Assembly (NCBI GenBank): GCA_903842795.1
Contig: CAIMNJ010000013.1
Coordinates: 69,302-133,301, forward strand
Reading direction: 5' to 3'
Origin: an uncultured bacterium
GTDB taxonomy: Bacteria; Patescibacteriota; Microgenomatia; UBA1400; PJMF01
DNA length: 64,000 nt
The notes under the pieces are model-generated. The model made no database searches. It was not told the DNA's origin and saw only the letters and a list, made by a program, of their open reading frames with translations. Numbering within the stretch: the first letter of the stretch is position 1; each line of letters opens with the position of its first letter. Position numbers and translations under genes: made by a program. Shown here in pieces: positions 48,668 through 59,121 of the stretch.

Positions 48668-49176
48668 TGAAACAAAGAGGTTTTACATTCATTGAATTAT
48701 TGCTTTATATAGCTCTAATTTCTATTTTGGCTACTGTTTCTGTTTTTTTTATTACCAATGTTACATCAAGTAGAATCAAAGTCGAAGTTCAAGAAGAAGT
48801 GACCTATTCAGCAAGGTTTTTGAGTGAAAGGATTAGTAGAGAGATTCGTGGTGCAAGTGCTATTACTAGTTTAGCAGCTAATGATTTATGTTTGGCCATG
48901 GTTGATTCAGCTCGCAATCCAACCAGAATTTATATCAGTGCCGGACGTGCTCGTATTGGTTGGGGTGGCGGTGGTGCTTGTAGTGCTACTACCAGTAACT
49001 ATGACTTAACAAGTTCAGATATGGTGGTCAATTCGCTTAATTTTGTTAACTTGAGCACGGGAACTAGTAAAAATGTGGATTATACTGTTAATATATCTGG
49101 TAAGACTTTGACCAATAGACAAGAGTGGGTATTTAATACCAACGTGAAAGGATCTGGTGAAATCCGCACTAACTAA
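48655..49176 (+). CDS. prepilin-type minor pilin / pseudopilin
   Basis: KQRGFTFIELLLYIALISILA. Confidence 0.7.
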   Translation: MEKLMKQRGFTFIELLLYIALISILATVSVFFITNVTSSRIKVEVQEEVTYSARFLSERISREIRGASAITSLAANDLCLAMVDSARNPTRIYISAGRARIGWGGGGACSATTSNYDLTSSDMVVNSLNFVNLSTGTSKNVDYTVNISGKTLTNRQEWVFNTNVKGSGEIRTN

Positions 49177-49561
49177 ATCAGCTAAGGCCAAAGCCAATGG
49201 TTATATTGCAATTACCAGTATGCTAGTGGTTACAGCAGTGGTAATTTCTGTAGGTGTTTTGGCTACTTTTTCTTCCATTGGTAATGCTCAGATGGCTCTT
49301 GGTGGGGCGCAAGCCAACGGAGCGAGGTCTTTGGCAGAATCTTGCATGGAAGATGTTTTACTCAAAATTAATAAGACTTCCACAGTTCCATCAAGCGTTA
49401 GTACACCTCAAGGGATTTGCACTGTCACTACTGATGCTCAAGCAGGTAGTAACTATACGGTAAGTGTAACTGCTACCAAAGATGGTCGCACCAAAAAAAT
49501 TACCACTTCTGTTTCGAGGATAACAAATGTTTCAGTGACTTCGTGGCTCGAGCAGAATTAA
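49157..49561 (+). CDS. pilus-associated protein, PilX-like N-terminal hydrophobic segment (tentative)
   Basis: GYIAITSMLVVTAVVISVGVLA single TM then small globular domain; operon context. Confidence 0.4.
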   Translation: MKSALTKSAKAKANGYIAITSMLVVTAVVISVGVLATFSSIGNAQMALGGAQANGARSLAESCMEDVLLKINKTSTVPSSVSTPQGICTVTTDAQAGSNYTVSVTATKDGRTKKITTSVSRITNVSVTSWLEQN

Positions 49562-49605
49562 TAGACAAAGTTCTGTAAAAATGCCATACTAAAAAAAGCT
49601 TAAAT

Positions 49606-50592
49606 ATGAGTAAAACTGTCCTTTACATCTCTAAAGCTGATTTAGTGGTTGTTTATCCTGGTAAGGGTAAAAATTGGTCTACCAAAACTTGGACTTGGAA
49701 CGAAAAAAACATCAACAATATTCTCAAAGAACTTAAGGCAATAGATCATCACTTGATTATTTTATTGGCCCCAGATATCTCTTATTATAAAAAAATTGAA
49801 AGTGAGCAAGTGCTTAATAGAGCTTTGATTACTGAACAGTTGCCTAAATTTTTTCCTGAAACTTTGTCTCCAAGGCAATGGGACTGGAAAAAACTAGATG
49901 AAAAGACTTATTTATTAGAAGCAGTTACAACTAGAGTTTGGCAGTGGATTGAAGCAGCAGAAAAAATTGGTATCATCTTGGACAAAATTACTACTGCTAA
50001 ATATGTTGCAGAAAGAGATCAAGTTGATTTGGCCAATGCACATGAGTTATTTAAGGCAGTTTTAGCCGAAGCTAGGGATCGAGGGGCAGATGAGAATGTT
50101 TTAGACATCACTTTTAAGCAACCAAAAAAGAGTGCTAAACCAGCATTTATGCTGATTCTGTTTGTCATGATTATGTCTTTGTCTTTTTTCATTTTGTATT
50201 CTTATTTCAATAAACAAAAACTCAAAGAAGAAGAAAGATTGAAACAAGCAGCTTTGACTCTGATTACTCCTTCACCAACTCCAGAAATTACCGAAGCTCC
50301 AAAACCAGAAGATTTTAATTTAAGGTTAAGAGATAATAGCGGGATTGTAGGTTACGCTAGTAAATCAGCTTCTCTTTTTGATGGAGCAGGTTTTTCCAAT
50401 GTAGATATTATCGTTGCTACCAATGCTGCAGAAAAAAAAGTTAGCAAAGAAACTATTGTTCACGTTAAAACAGCATTGCCAGAAAATATCAAAAATATAA
50501 TCGACAAGCTTTTGCCAGAAAAGAAACCAGTTTACCAGATTGATCTGACTGATAATGATGTAGTTGATATATTAATTATTCTTGGTTCATAA
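49606..50592 (+). CDS. hypothetical pilus-assembly-associated bitopic protein (PilM/PilN-like?)
   Basis: Cytoplasmic N-domain, central TM (FMLILFVMIMSLSFFILY), Pro/Thr linker and extracytoplasmic C-domain; operon context only. Confidence 0.35.
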   Translation: MSKTVLYISKADLVVVYPGKGKNWSTKTWTWNEKNINNILKELKAIDHHLIILLAPDISYYKKIESEQVLNRALITEQLPKFFPETLSPRQWDWKKLDEKTYLLEAVTTRVWQWIEAAEKIGIILDKITTAKYVAERDQVDLANAHELFKAVLAEARDRGADENVLDITFKQPKKSAKPAFMLILFVMIMSLSFFILYSYFNKQKLKEEERLKQAALTLITPSPTPEITEAPKPEDFNLRLRDNSGIVGYASKSASLFDGAGFSNVDIIVATNAAEKKVSKETIVHVKTALPENIKNIIDKLLPEKKPVYQIDLTDNDVVDILIILGS

Positions 50593-50613
50593 TGGAATCG
50601 GAAAGGAGGCTTA

Positions 50614-51075
50614 ATGACTAAAAACCAAAAAGGATTTACTTTAATTGAGCTTTTGGTGGTTATCTCTATCGTTGCTCTGCTGTCAGTAACTGTCTTTGTT
50701 GCTCTAGATCCAGTTAAGAGATTTGCGGATGCCCGTAACTCTCGTCGCTGGTCAGATGTAAACAATATGATTACTGCTATTCATGAGTATATTGTAGACA
50801 ACAAAGGTGATTTACCGACTGGTTTGACTACTGGTATGAGTGCTACCCAACTTGGAACTTGTGTGTCAGGTGGTTCTACTCTTTGTTCTGGTGCAGCAGC
50901 AGCTTGTGTCAATATTGCTACACCACTCAATAAATACCTAAAGTCGTTGCCATTTGATGCTAAAACCGGCTCAGCGGCAACCACAGCTTACAAAGTTGAT
51001 GTCGATGCTAATAACATCGTTACTATCACTGCTTGTAGTGCTGAAAATGGCGAAACTATCTCAGTTTCTCGCTAA
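50614..51075 (+). CDS. type IV major pilin (prepilin)
   Basis: MTKNQKG|FTLIELLVVISIVALLS canonical class III signal with Glu5; Cys pair near the C-terminus. Confidence 0.85.
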   Translation: MTKNQKGFTLIELLVVISIVALLSVTVFVALDPVKRFADARNSRRWSDVNNMITAIHEYIVDNKGDLPTGLTTGMSATQLGTCVSGGSTLCSGAAAACVNIATPLNKYLKSLPFDAKTGSAATTAYKVDVDANNIVTITACSAENGETISVSR

Positions 51076-51136
51076 ACGATTTAGAAATACAAAAAAACTC
51101 GGAAGCTTAATCACTTCCGAGTTTTTGTTTTTATAA

Positions 51137-52957
51137 TTAGAGTTGATGTAGATCTGTTAGCCAAGCTTGGCAGAATTGGCTGGAATTTAGTTTGCCAAGA
51201 TCGAATAAGGTCAGATTCTTAGGGTTAATAAATTGCCCTAGTTTCTCATTTTGGCAAAGTTGGTCATTATAAATACGAAAAATTTCACCACTGTCATTGA
51301 TGGCGGGGATAGAAATTACATCATTATAAATTTGTTCATTACCCCTGTCCGCTAAGCCATAGCCTCCAGCACAAAGATTGAAACGATTTTCGTATAAAAT
51401 GATTTTGTCGTCTTCAACATCTTTAGAATTGATGCAGCTGGCCTTAAATTTAACATCATTTAATTGCCAAGTTTGTTCGTTGACTGCTTGAGCAATTTTT
51501 TGAGAATTAGTTTTGGTAAATTGATTGGTTTGTAATAAGTAAGTTGCAAAGAAATAGAAAAGATCAGTTCCTTCTGCAACGACCACCACTGGTTTTTTAA
51601 TTTTTTGTTCTTGATTTAGATTGATATATCTAGCCAAACTGCGTTCTACAAATCTAGCAGTATCTGCACTGTAAACAGGATATTGAACAAAATAATGAAA
51701 AGTAAAATTAAAAATACTAATCAAATAAATAATCAACAAACCAGTAAAAATATATTTGTATTGGCTAACAAAGTGCATGCCAGCCCCAACCAAAACTGCC
51801 AGTAGGACATAAACCATAAAGGCTCGCAGCTCATACCATTCGCTCATGGTATTAATGACAACTGGGAAAGTAAGAGAAGCAATCAAGAACAAAAACACTA
51901 CGGCACTGTTGATTTTTTTCTTGTCCGCTAGCAAATAGCGCATTCCAAGCAAGATTAGCAAGGCATCTGCCATGTAAAACAAGCCATGTCTCCAAGCAGC
52001 AAAACCATTAACTGAAGCATCTAAGGCAAAAAACATTCTTTGTGGATTAAAAGTATTGAAGAAACGATTGAAAATAAAATTAAACATTACCGTAAATTTA
52101 TTAATCTCGAATTTATTTAAGGCAGAATCGAAACTCAAACGGCGCAAAATATTGACCTCATTAGAAAGATAAGAAGTATTATTCCAAATGGTTGAAGCCA
52201 AACGATTGCCAGTATTTTGGTGAGGCAACATAAATAAGCCATAAATAAGTACCAAACTGAAGCCAAATATGGCTACCAACCATTGTGCTAAGGAAATATC
52301 TTTGACTATTTTTTTAAAATTGAACTTTTCTTTTTTTGAAAAATAAGAAATTAAGATGAGGCTAATGATCCAAGGCAGTAGTAATAATTTGAAACCTTGA
52401 TATTGAAAAAAACCAATTACAAAGAATGGCGCACTCAATAATTGCCACCATTTTTTGCCATTAAGTAAAATTGCTCCACCAAGTAAATAGAAAAAAGTCG
52501 AGTAAATTGCATCATAAGCTAGACGGCTGAATTGCCATAAAAAAGGATTAAAAGCACTAGCAAAAATTACAAAAAATACCAATCGTTTATTTTTCCACCA
52601 CGCCCAAACAATTGCTCCAAGTAAAAAAGGAATTAGACTGCCCATGATGGCAGAAGGCAAATGAGCTGCTAATAAAGGATTGCTCGTTAGCCAAAAAGCT
52701 GGAGCCATAATACTGGCTGGCCACTCAGCATACATAGGATCAACTGGTTCCAGAGGAAACCAGCCAAGTTTTTGGTTAACTGTTTTGCCTTGTACAGCCA
52801 AAGATTTAGCTTGAATAGCGTAAACAGTTTCATCATGAGTGAGGGTAGTGGGAATTTGGTTAAGTTTGTAAAAACGAGTTAGTAAAGAAATGAGAAAAAG
52901 ACCAATTAAGAGGAAAATAAAATGAGTATTAAAATAAGCGCTAAGTTTTTTTAACAT
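51137..52957 (-). CDS. GT-C family glycosyltransferase (GT39/ArnT/PMT-like) integral membrane protein
   Basis: N-terminal RFYKLNQIP..THDETVYA motif in the first loop, about 12 TM helices, long C-terminal extracytoplasmic domain. Confidence 0.7.
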   Translation of the reverse strand: MLKKLSAYFNTHFIFLLIGLFLISLLTRFYKLNQIPTTLTHDETVYAIQAKSLAVQGKTVNQKLGWFPLEPVDPMYAEWPASIMAPAFWLTSNPLLAAHLPSAIMGSLIPFLLGAIVWAWWKNKRLVFFVIFASAFNPFLWQFSRLAYDAIYSTFFYLLGGAILLNGKKWWQLLSAPFFVIGFFQYQGFKLLLLPWIISLILISYFSKKEKFNFKKIVKDISLAQWLVAIFGFSLVLIYGLFMLPHQNTGNRLASTIWNNTSYLSNEVNILRRLSFDSALNKFEINKFTVMFNFIFNRFFNTFNPQRMFFALDASVNGFAAWRHGLFYMADALLILLGMRYLLADKKKINSAVVFLFLIASLTFPVVINTMSEWYELRAFMVYVLLAVLVGAGMHFVSQYKYIFTGLLIIYLISIFNFTFHYFVQYPVYSADTARFVERSLARYINLNQEQKIKKPVVVVAEGTDLFYFFATYLLQTNQFTKTNSQKIAQAVNEQTWQLNDVKFKASCINSKDVEDDKIILYENRFNLCAGGYGLADRGNEQIYNDVISIPAINDSGEIFRIYNDQLCQNEKLGQFINPKNLTLFDLGKLNSSQFCQAWLTDLHQL

Positions 52958-52989
52958 ACACTTATTAGAATATCATTAAATATAAGAAA

Positions 52990-53026
52990 AGGCCTTCTGA
53001 GAGTGTCGCGGAAACTCAGAAGGCCT
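52990..53026. terminator. long GC-rich hairpin (aggccttctgag-N13-ctcagaaggcct)
   Basis: Perfect 12-bp inverted repeat immediately downstream (minus strand) of the small lipoprotein ORF. Confidence 0.6.
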
Positions 53027-53063
53027 AGGGTTTATCACAACAATTTAGAACACTTGCTTACGG

Positions 53064-53195
53064 TTATGGGATGACGTAAATCGATCCCCGGACGATATCC
53101 TCAAACTTCGAGGAATAATCCGCTTGCAGATCGCCTCCGCCACAAGCCGCCAAAAGAAGCGACGCCATGACGAGGACAAATAATACTTTTTTCAT
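53064..53195 (-). CDS. small (43 aa) lipoprotein-like ORF in a GC-rich patch
   Basis: MKKVLFVLVMASLLLAACGGG lipobox signal; below the ORF-track length cut-off. Confidence 0.35.
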   Translation of the reverse strand: MKKVLFVLVMASLLLAACGGGDLQADYSSKFEDIVRGSIYVIP

Positions 53196-53335
53196 GTTTC
53201 TCCAAAAGGTTGCGACACCAATCTATTTTCTTGAGATAAGAACGCAGATTGGCACCGCAATCAAATGGAATCAAGCAAGTGTTAAGGTGATGATCCCTTG
53301 ACAACACGGATTCATTCTGCTATTCTAGGCTAAGA

Positions 53336-54229
53336 ATGCAAAAACTTAGCCTTAAAACCTTTCTGCGAAAATATCCTCATAATGAAGCCTGTTTGGAAGA
53401 GATAAAGCGTTTTGTTTTCCCTGATGGTATTCATTGCCCTAAATGTCAAAAAATCACCAATTTCTATAAACTCGACGGTCGCATGGCATATTCGTGTGGT
53501 GTTTGCCGTACGCAAGTATATCCTCTCAAAGGTACGATATTTGAAAAAAGCACGACCGATCTTCGTACCTGGTTTTACGTTATGTGGGTTATGAGTAAAA
53601 CAAGAAGTGGAATAAGTGCCAGACAAATACAACGAGAGGTTGGAGTCACGTATAAATGTGCCTTCCGCATGTGTCATCAGATTAGAAAACTCATGGCTGA
53701 TGACGGAGAACCAATGGACGGAATAAACGAGAGTGATGAAACTTATATTGGTGGAAAGGGAAAGAATAAACGCTATGTGCCAGACTATAACGAAAAACCA
53801 AAAGAAGTCGTCATGGGCATTCTCCAACGCGGTGGCAAAATTCACCTACGGCATATCCCCAATACTGGTAAGTGGACGATACTAAAGCAAATAAAAGAAA
53901 ACCTTTCAACAGATGCCTCAATCTATACTGATCAACTAGGAGCTTATCAACAACTTAACAGGTATGGTTATAATCACTCATTCGTGAACCACAAAGAAAC
54001 ATACGTCATTAAAGGAACTGATATTCACACCAATTCCATTGAAGGATTTTGGAGTATTTTCAAACGAGGAGTAACTGGCGTTTACACTCATATTTCTCCC
54101 AAATATCTCCAACACTATGCTGATGAATATGGGTTCCGGTATGGCAATAGAAAAGCTGATGATATGTTCACCGAAATGCTTAGGCAGATTGCTTTGAAGA
54201 AGGCTTTGCAGGTCTCACCGCTTTCTTGA
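53336..54229 (+). mobile_element. IS1595-family (ISXO2-like) transposase gene; IS boundaries not resolved
   Basis: N-terminal zinc ribbon CPKCQ...CGVC and HTH, DDE_Tnp_IS1595-like catalytic region (DETYIGG...). Confidence 0.8.
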
Positions 54230-54484
54230 GTAGCTTCACAAAATCTTTCTTATTTATTGTTTGATTTTCTTTCAAGCGTTTTTGTACTAGTGCGTTTTTC
54301 TCCAACTTCTTTTTACTCATATTCTGAGTATACCAGACTAAGAGTATTGGTAAATTTTGGCCAGAGTAAACAACCATGCTATACTCCAAAAATAGTGTAA
54401 GCGTGTTTACACTAAAAACGCCATATTTTAAGGCTAAATAACAAATATTCCTGTCCTTATTATTCTTTATAAATAAAGAGGTGT

Positions 54485-55264
54485 ATGAAACTAAAACCCC
54501 GACAGGAAGAAATACTTATCTATCTCTATCGCTTTCGTTTCCTTAATCGTACTCAAATTCAAAAACTCCTGTGTCACAAACACTTCAACCGCATTATTGT
54601 CTGGCTCAACCAATTAAACACTTATGGATATATTCGGAAATACTACAATCCCAAAACAGTGACTATTGCTGCAATATATTCCTTAGATTCAATGGGAAGA
54701 AAGTACTTGTTAGAGAAATCAAAGGAAGAAGGAAGTCGGATACAGCCAGAATTACTCAATCGTATTTGGAGAGAACATACCTTATCTGAGCAATTTCGTA
54801 TTCACTGTCTATTTCTTGCTGATATCTATCTATCGCTATCGGATTTGGTTACACAAAATAAAGCAGTTTTGTATTTTTTTACCAAAACAGACTTACATGG
54901 TCATGATTATTTACCCGATCCACGCCCAGATGCGTATTTTGCAATTAAGGAAGCGAAAAGGAAAACGAAACGTTATTTTCTAGATATCTTCGACCCGCTG
55001 CCACCTCGTATGATTCTACGGCGACGGGTTAAGCAGTACGTAGACTATTTTGACGAAAATGACTGGCAGGAAGCGACTAATCATCCATTTCCCCAAATTA
55101 TCCTAATTTCCCCAGATGAACGGACTAAGCGATATTTAAATAGATACATCAAGACTAAGATGGAATACACCTCAGACATTGAGTTTTATCTTTCGACTTG
55201 GGAACCAATACGGACAAAAGGAATGAAGAAAGAGGTGTTTGAGAAAGTTGAGGAATCTGAATGA
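54485..55264 (+). CDS. replication-relaxation (Replic_Relax) family protein
   Basis: N-terminal EEILIYLYRFRFLNRTQIQKLL signature of this plasmid/ICE-associated family. Confidence 0.6.
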   Translation: MKLKPRQEEILIYLYRFRFLNRTQIQKLLCHKHFNRIIVWLNQLNTYGYIRKYYNPKTVTIAAIYSLDSMGRKYLLEKSKEEGSRIQPELLNRIWREHTLSEQFRIHCLFLADIYLSLSDLVTQNKAVLYFFTKTDLHGHDYLPDPRPDAYFAIKEAKRKTKRYFLDIFDPLPPRMILRRRVKQYVDYFDENDWQEATNHPFPQIILISPDERTKRYLNRYIKTKMEYTSDIEFYLSTWEPIRTKGMKKEVFEKVEESE

Positions 55265-55352
55265 TGGGCTACTTAGTGTCGTTCAAATTTAAAAAATGAT
55301 ATATCTATTATTGAAATAATATTTAGTGTTATACTTTTGTTAAGGAATAATT

Positions 55353-56513
55353 ATGGAGAATACGACAACTAATATTACTAATCCAATCAATACATCTCCC
55401 CAACCCGCATCATCAAATCAGATGCAAGAACAACCCGCTCTACAACAAAGAAATACATGGAAAATAGTTGCATTATTACTTTCCGTTCTTCTCGTTGGAA
55501 TGAGTGGTTACATTATATATCTGTTAAACACCTCAAATATGAGAGTATCAAATCAGCAACAAATCCAAGAAACATCTGTATCCCCGACTCCAACTACTGT
55601 AGCTGATCCTATGGTCAATTGGACAACTTACGAAAACAATACCTATAACTTCTCAATCAAATACCCTGCTTCTTGGAAAACCTGGTCTCAGGGTAGCATT
55701 AAGGATGCCTGGCAAGAAATAAGTAGTCCAGACCTTGCTCTAAAAGGTAGCCAAGAACCCAAAATTGGCATGAGTATAAGCATAAGAGTCTTTGACGTAG
55801 GCCATCCAGCTGAAATAAATGACATTGTCCATACTCTTGGCGGAGCTGGGGTCACCGGTAATTACCAAGTGAGCAAGATACAAGAGGATCAAAATGCAAA
55901 AGTGCAAGGAAAAAGTGCAATTATAGGAGAGTATCTTGGTACTGACCCTGCTTATGCATGGCATTTCTGGTCACAGGCAGTTGCAAAAGACAACAACATA
56001 ATCCTGATAACGATTACTGATTTTAAAGAGGACAAATCATTAGACTCCTCTACGCTTGCGCCACAAATTCTCTCCACATTCAAATTGGCTACTTTAGACA
56101 ATACAGCTAATTGGCAAATCTATCCTCCGACCACAACAATCGGACTTAAATATACTTTTAAATATCCTCCTAATATTACTTTGCAAGAAGCACAAGATTT
56201 AGCTTATTTTATGAATGGAAACGCTACTCTATATCATCGTTTCTTAGGGAAACAAACTGATTTAGAAATAGCTTTAGATAATTTTAAACCATGGGGAACA
56301 AACGAACAGGTAATATTCTCTAATAATAAAGAGTCGGTTAATTTTGGTGAGTTTAATGGTTACAGGCTACTTTCAGCCGATGGCAATAATACATTTTTGT
56401 TTTTAAAATCAATCAAATTAAATGGCATTTTAGTATTTCACTACCCAACTGTCGAATTCAAATCAAAAACCTTACTAGAGCAAATAATTCCAACAATTAG
56501 AGTAATCGAATAA
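55353..56513 (+). CDS. hypothetical membrane-anchored extracytoplasmic protein
   Basis: Q/P-rich N-terminus, one TM (IVALLLSVLLVGMSGYIIYLL), large C-terminal domain. Confidence 0.45.
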   Translation: MENTTTNITNPINTSPQPASSNQMQEQPALQQRNTWKIVALLLSVLLVGMSGYIIYLLNTSNMRVSNQQQIQETSVSPTPTTVADPMVNWTTYENNTYNFSIKYPASWKTWSQGSIKDAWQEISSPDLALKGSQEPKIGMSISIRVFDVGHPAEINDIVHTLGGAGVTGNYQVSKIQEDQNAKVQGKSAIIGEYLGTDPAYAWHFWSQAVAKDNNIILITITDFKEDKSLDSSTLAPQILSTFKLATLDNTANWQIYPPTTTIGLKYTFKYPPNITLQEAQDLAYFMNGNATLYHRFLGKQTDLEIALDNFKPWGTNEQVIFSNNKESVNFGEFNGYRLLSADGNNTFLFLKSIKLNGILVFHYPTVEFKSKTLLEQIIPTIRVIE

Positions 56514-56821
56514 ATATTTCAGCTTCTAGTATCTTCCATTATAGGTGATCGCTTTAATTCTTGAATTTTTTTAGGTAGATGATAGGTTCCAATCGATTAT
56601 TGATTCCCGTGTCTTGAAGGGAGCACCACCAGTGTTAAAGAGCTGTAATCGGCTGTTTCCATACAGAAAGACAGCTTAAGTCTTACGTTCGAAAACACCG
56701 AAATTATAGCAGAAAATAGTCCATTTGTCAAAAATTATAGGACTATTTTAAAATATAAACAATCTAGAAATAAAGTTATTTTTTAAAAAAAGTAAACATA
56801 CCGCACCGGCAATTTGCTTCG

Positions 56822-56854
56822 TTGTTGGGCGCCTGCGTGAAGCAGGCGCCCAAC
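56822..56854. terminator. GC-rich hairpin (ttgggcgcctgc-gtga-agcaggcgcccaa)
   Basis: Perfect inverted repeat 3' of the minus-strand lipoprotein gene. Confidence 0.65.
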
Positions 56855-56867
56855 ATTTCTTCAATTC

Positions 56868-57224
56868 TTATCCTCCTTTGGTTTGTTCGCGCCATTCATC
56901 AAACAGGTTCATTTCGCCCTGTTCGTTGATCGTCTCGGTGCCGATCTTATCGGTGCCGTAGAAGAACATGATCTCGCCAGCTACATCCTGAACGCAGAGA
57001 TTATCTCCCTGGCCATAAGAGCAGGTCCAGTTGCCATCGCCTTCATAAGTGAAGGTGACGCTGACTTCGCCATTGGTGACGGTTTTCACGTCGCCTTTGC
57101 TGAAATTCAGGACATCGCCATTGGCTTTGGGGGTTGGGGCGCAAGCCGCCAAAACGAGGATAATGGTGAATGCCACAAGGATGGCAATCACAGTAGAACG
57201 GTTTGGGTTTCTCATTGGAAACAC
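56868..57224 (-). CDS. small secreted lipoprotein (lipobox LAAC) in a GC-rich patch
   Basis: MRNPNRSTVIAILVAFTIILVLAAC signal; GC-rich codons. Confidence 0.5.
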   Translation of the reverse strand: MFPMRNPNRSTVIAILVAFTIILVLAACAPTPKANGDVLNFSKGDVKTVTNGEVSVTFTYEGDGNWTCSYGQGDNLCVQDVAGEIMFFYGTDKIGTETINEQGEMNLFDEWREQTKGG

Positions 57225-57402
57225 CTCCTAAAGTTTTGAGCAAATTTATTCAATTCACTCTTTTTTGCATCACGATTATATTTTCATGAGGCAGAGAAGA
57301 GTGAATTTTGGTGCGGTATGTGAAAGATCAGCTATCATTCTTATCTTGGAAACGTCTTGTTTCCGACAAAAATAATAACCTATAACATTATATCATGGGA
57401 TA

Positions 57403-58152
57403 TTACTTAGCGCAACTGCTGACTACAGTATTTACCAAAATGCCAAAACTAACAGCTACATTGAGTGATTCTACTTGGCCATATTTAGGGATACTCAAAG
57501 AGCGGTCAGCCAAAGCATCAATTTCTGAAGAAGTGCCAAGTGATTCATTGCCAAAAACAAGAGCGGTTTTGTATTCAAAGGTCATTTTTTCTTGTTTTTG
57601 ACTGGCAAGTTCTGGTCTGGTGACGATAATTTCAAAACCATTTTTCTTGAGTTCTAACAGGTCTTTTCTAGGATCATCGCTTATTACCAAAGGTAAATGA
57701 AAAATTGAGCCCATGCTAGAACGGACGACTTTGGCTTGATAAGGATCGGCGCCACCAAGCAATAAAATTCCATCCAGATCAAACCAATCAGCAGTGCGAA
57801 TCATCGTGCCAAGATTGCCTGGATCGCGAATATCTTCAAGCACGGCAATGATTTTACTTTTTTTGAGAAGCTCAAGATCATTTTTTGGCATTTTGACAAC
57901 TACTGCTATGCCAGATGGGGTAACTGTGTCGGTGATGCGGGCAAAATCTCGTTCATCAATCGTCATCACCTCTTCTTTGTCCCAAAACTTTTCATTCTGG
58001 TTGGCAAATTGTCGCGTCATAACTAGTTGTACGACTTCTTTTCCGGATTTTAGGGCATCAAGTACGCCTTTTTTACCTTCCACAACAAAACAACCATATT
58101 CTTGGCGATATTTTTTTTGATTGAGTTTGCTGAGAATTTTAAGACCAAACAT
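57403..58152 (-). CDS. TrmH/SpoU-family RNA 2'-O-methyltransferase
   Basis: SPOUT motifs LEDIRDPGNLGTMIRTADWF, LVFGNESLG, SLNVAVSFGI. Confidence 0.8.
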   Translation of the reverse strand: MFGLKILSKLNQKKYRQEYGCFVVEGKKGVLDALKSGKEVVQLVMTRQFANQNEKFWDKEEVMTIDERDFARITDTVTPSGIAVVVKMPKNDLELLKKSKIIAVLEDIRDPGNLGTMIRTADWFDLDGILLLGGADPYQAKVVRSSMGSIFHLPLVISDDPRKDLLELKKNGFEIIVTRPELASQKQEKMTFEYKTALVFGNESLGTSSEIDALADRSLSIPKYGQVESLNVAVSFGILVNTVVSSCAK

Positions 58153-58170
58153 ATTTTTTTTGATTTTATC

Positions 58171-59121
58171 TTATTTTTTCTTTTTTTGGGCTATGTATAC
58201 ACCAATAACAACGATGATTAAGGAAATTACTTGTAGTGGAGTTACTAGTTCTTTGAGCAAGAAATAGCCAAGTGGCATGTAAATGACTGGCTGCAGGTAA
58301 TTGAATAAACTTGCTTCAGAAGCCTCAATTTCATTTTGACCCTTAATGTAAGCAGTTAAGCCAATAATTGAGCCAAAAATTGCTGCATAGAAGATTACTC
58401 CCCAAACTAGAATAGAGCTTAAATCAGTTTGTATACTCTGCGATAACTTGTCAAAGCTGAAATTTGCTTCGACTAGCGACAATAATCCAAAAGTAACCAA
58501 ACCAACAAAAAAACTTACGCTACTGACGAAAAGCTTTGGTAGTTTTCGGTAATGTTTCTTGGCTAGAATTAGATAGATGGCGGTTAGAATATTGTGGCCA
58601 ATGACGAGTAAATTGCCCACCATCGAACCAGAAAAATGATCACTCCCGACCAAGAGTGGTTCTAAGGCAATTAAACTGGTGCCGATCAAGGCAAGTAACA
58701 AACCAAGCCATTCGTTTTTTTCTTGCTTTTCTTTGAGAAAAATAATTCCACCGAAAATCACAAACAGCGGCAAACTAGTGGTAATAAGATTGGTTTCTAG
58801 AGCACTGGTTTGGTGCAGGCCAATGTATAAACAGGCTAAAGCCATGGAAGTCTCAATTAATTCCAAAAGAATAATAGCTTTGATGGCTTGCCATTTGTGT
58901 TTGATTCTTTTTAGATAATAGACAATGATGGGGATAGATAATAAGCCTGCCAAGGTAAAACGATAAAATAAATAACGAAAAGGAGTGATTTCTGAACCAT
59001 TGAAGCCAAATTTAACGATTGGTAAGAAAGCCCCCCAAGTAATGGTGGTTATGATCAAGAAAAAGTAAGCCTGAAAACGTTTGCGCATTAATTCCTTATA
59101 TATTAGAATAGCACGAATCAT
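58171..59121 (-). CDS. EamA/DMT-family transporter
   Basis: 10 TM helices in two repeats. Confidence 0.7.
   Translation of the reverse strand: MIRAILIYKELMRKRFQAYFFLIITTITWGAFLPIVKFGFNGSEITPFRYLFYRFTLAGLLSIPIIVYYLKRIKHKWQAIKAIILLELIETSMALACLYIGLHQTSALETNLITTSLPLFVIFGGIIFLKEKQEKNEWLGLLLALIGTSLIALEPLLVGSDHFSGSMVGNLLVIGHNILTAIYLILAKKHYRKLPKLFVSSVSFFVGLVTFGLLSLVEANFSFDKLSQSIQTDLSSILVWGVIFYAAIFGSIIGLTAYIKGQNEIEASEASLFNYLQPVIYMPLGYFLLKELVTPLQVISLIIVVIGVYIAQKKKK

Noticed and set aside
54180-54389. 69-aa minus-strand ORF overlapping the IS1595 transposase 3' end
   Set aside because: Antisense to a well-supported transposase gene and Lys-rich low-complexity; probably spurious.
56560-56700. Short GC-richer non-coding stretch (cccgtgtcttgaagggagcaccaccagtg...) that looked like a possible ncRNA fragment
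   Set aside because: No match to tmRNA, SRP, RNase P or rRNA signatures that I could recognise, and no convincing secondary structure; left unclassified.
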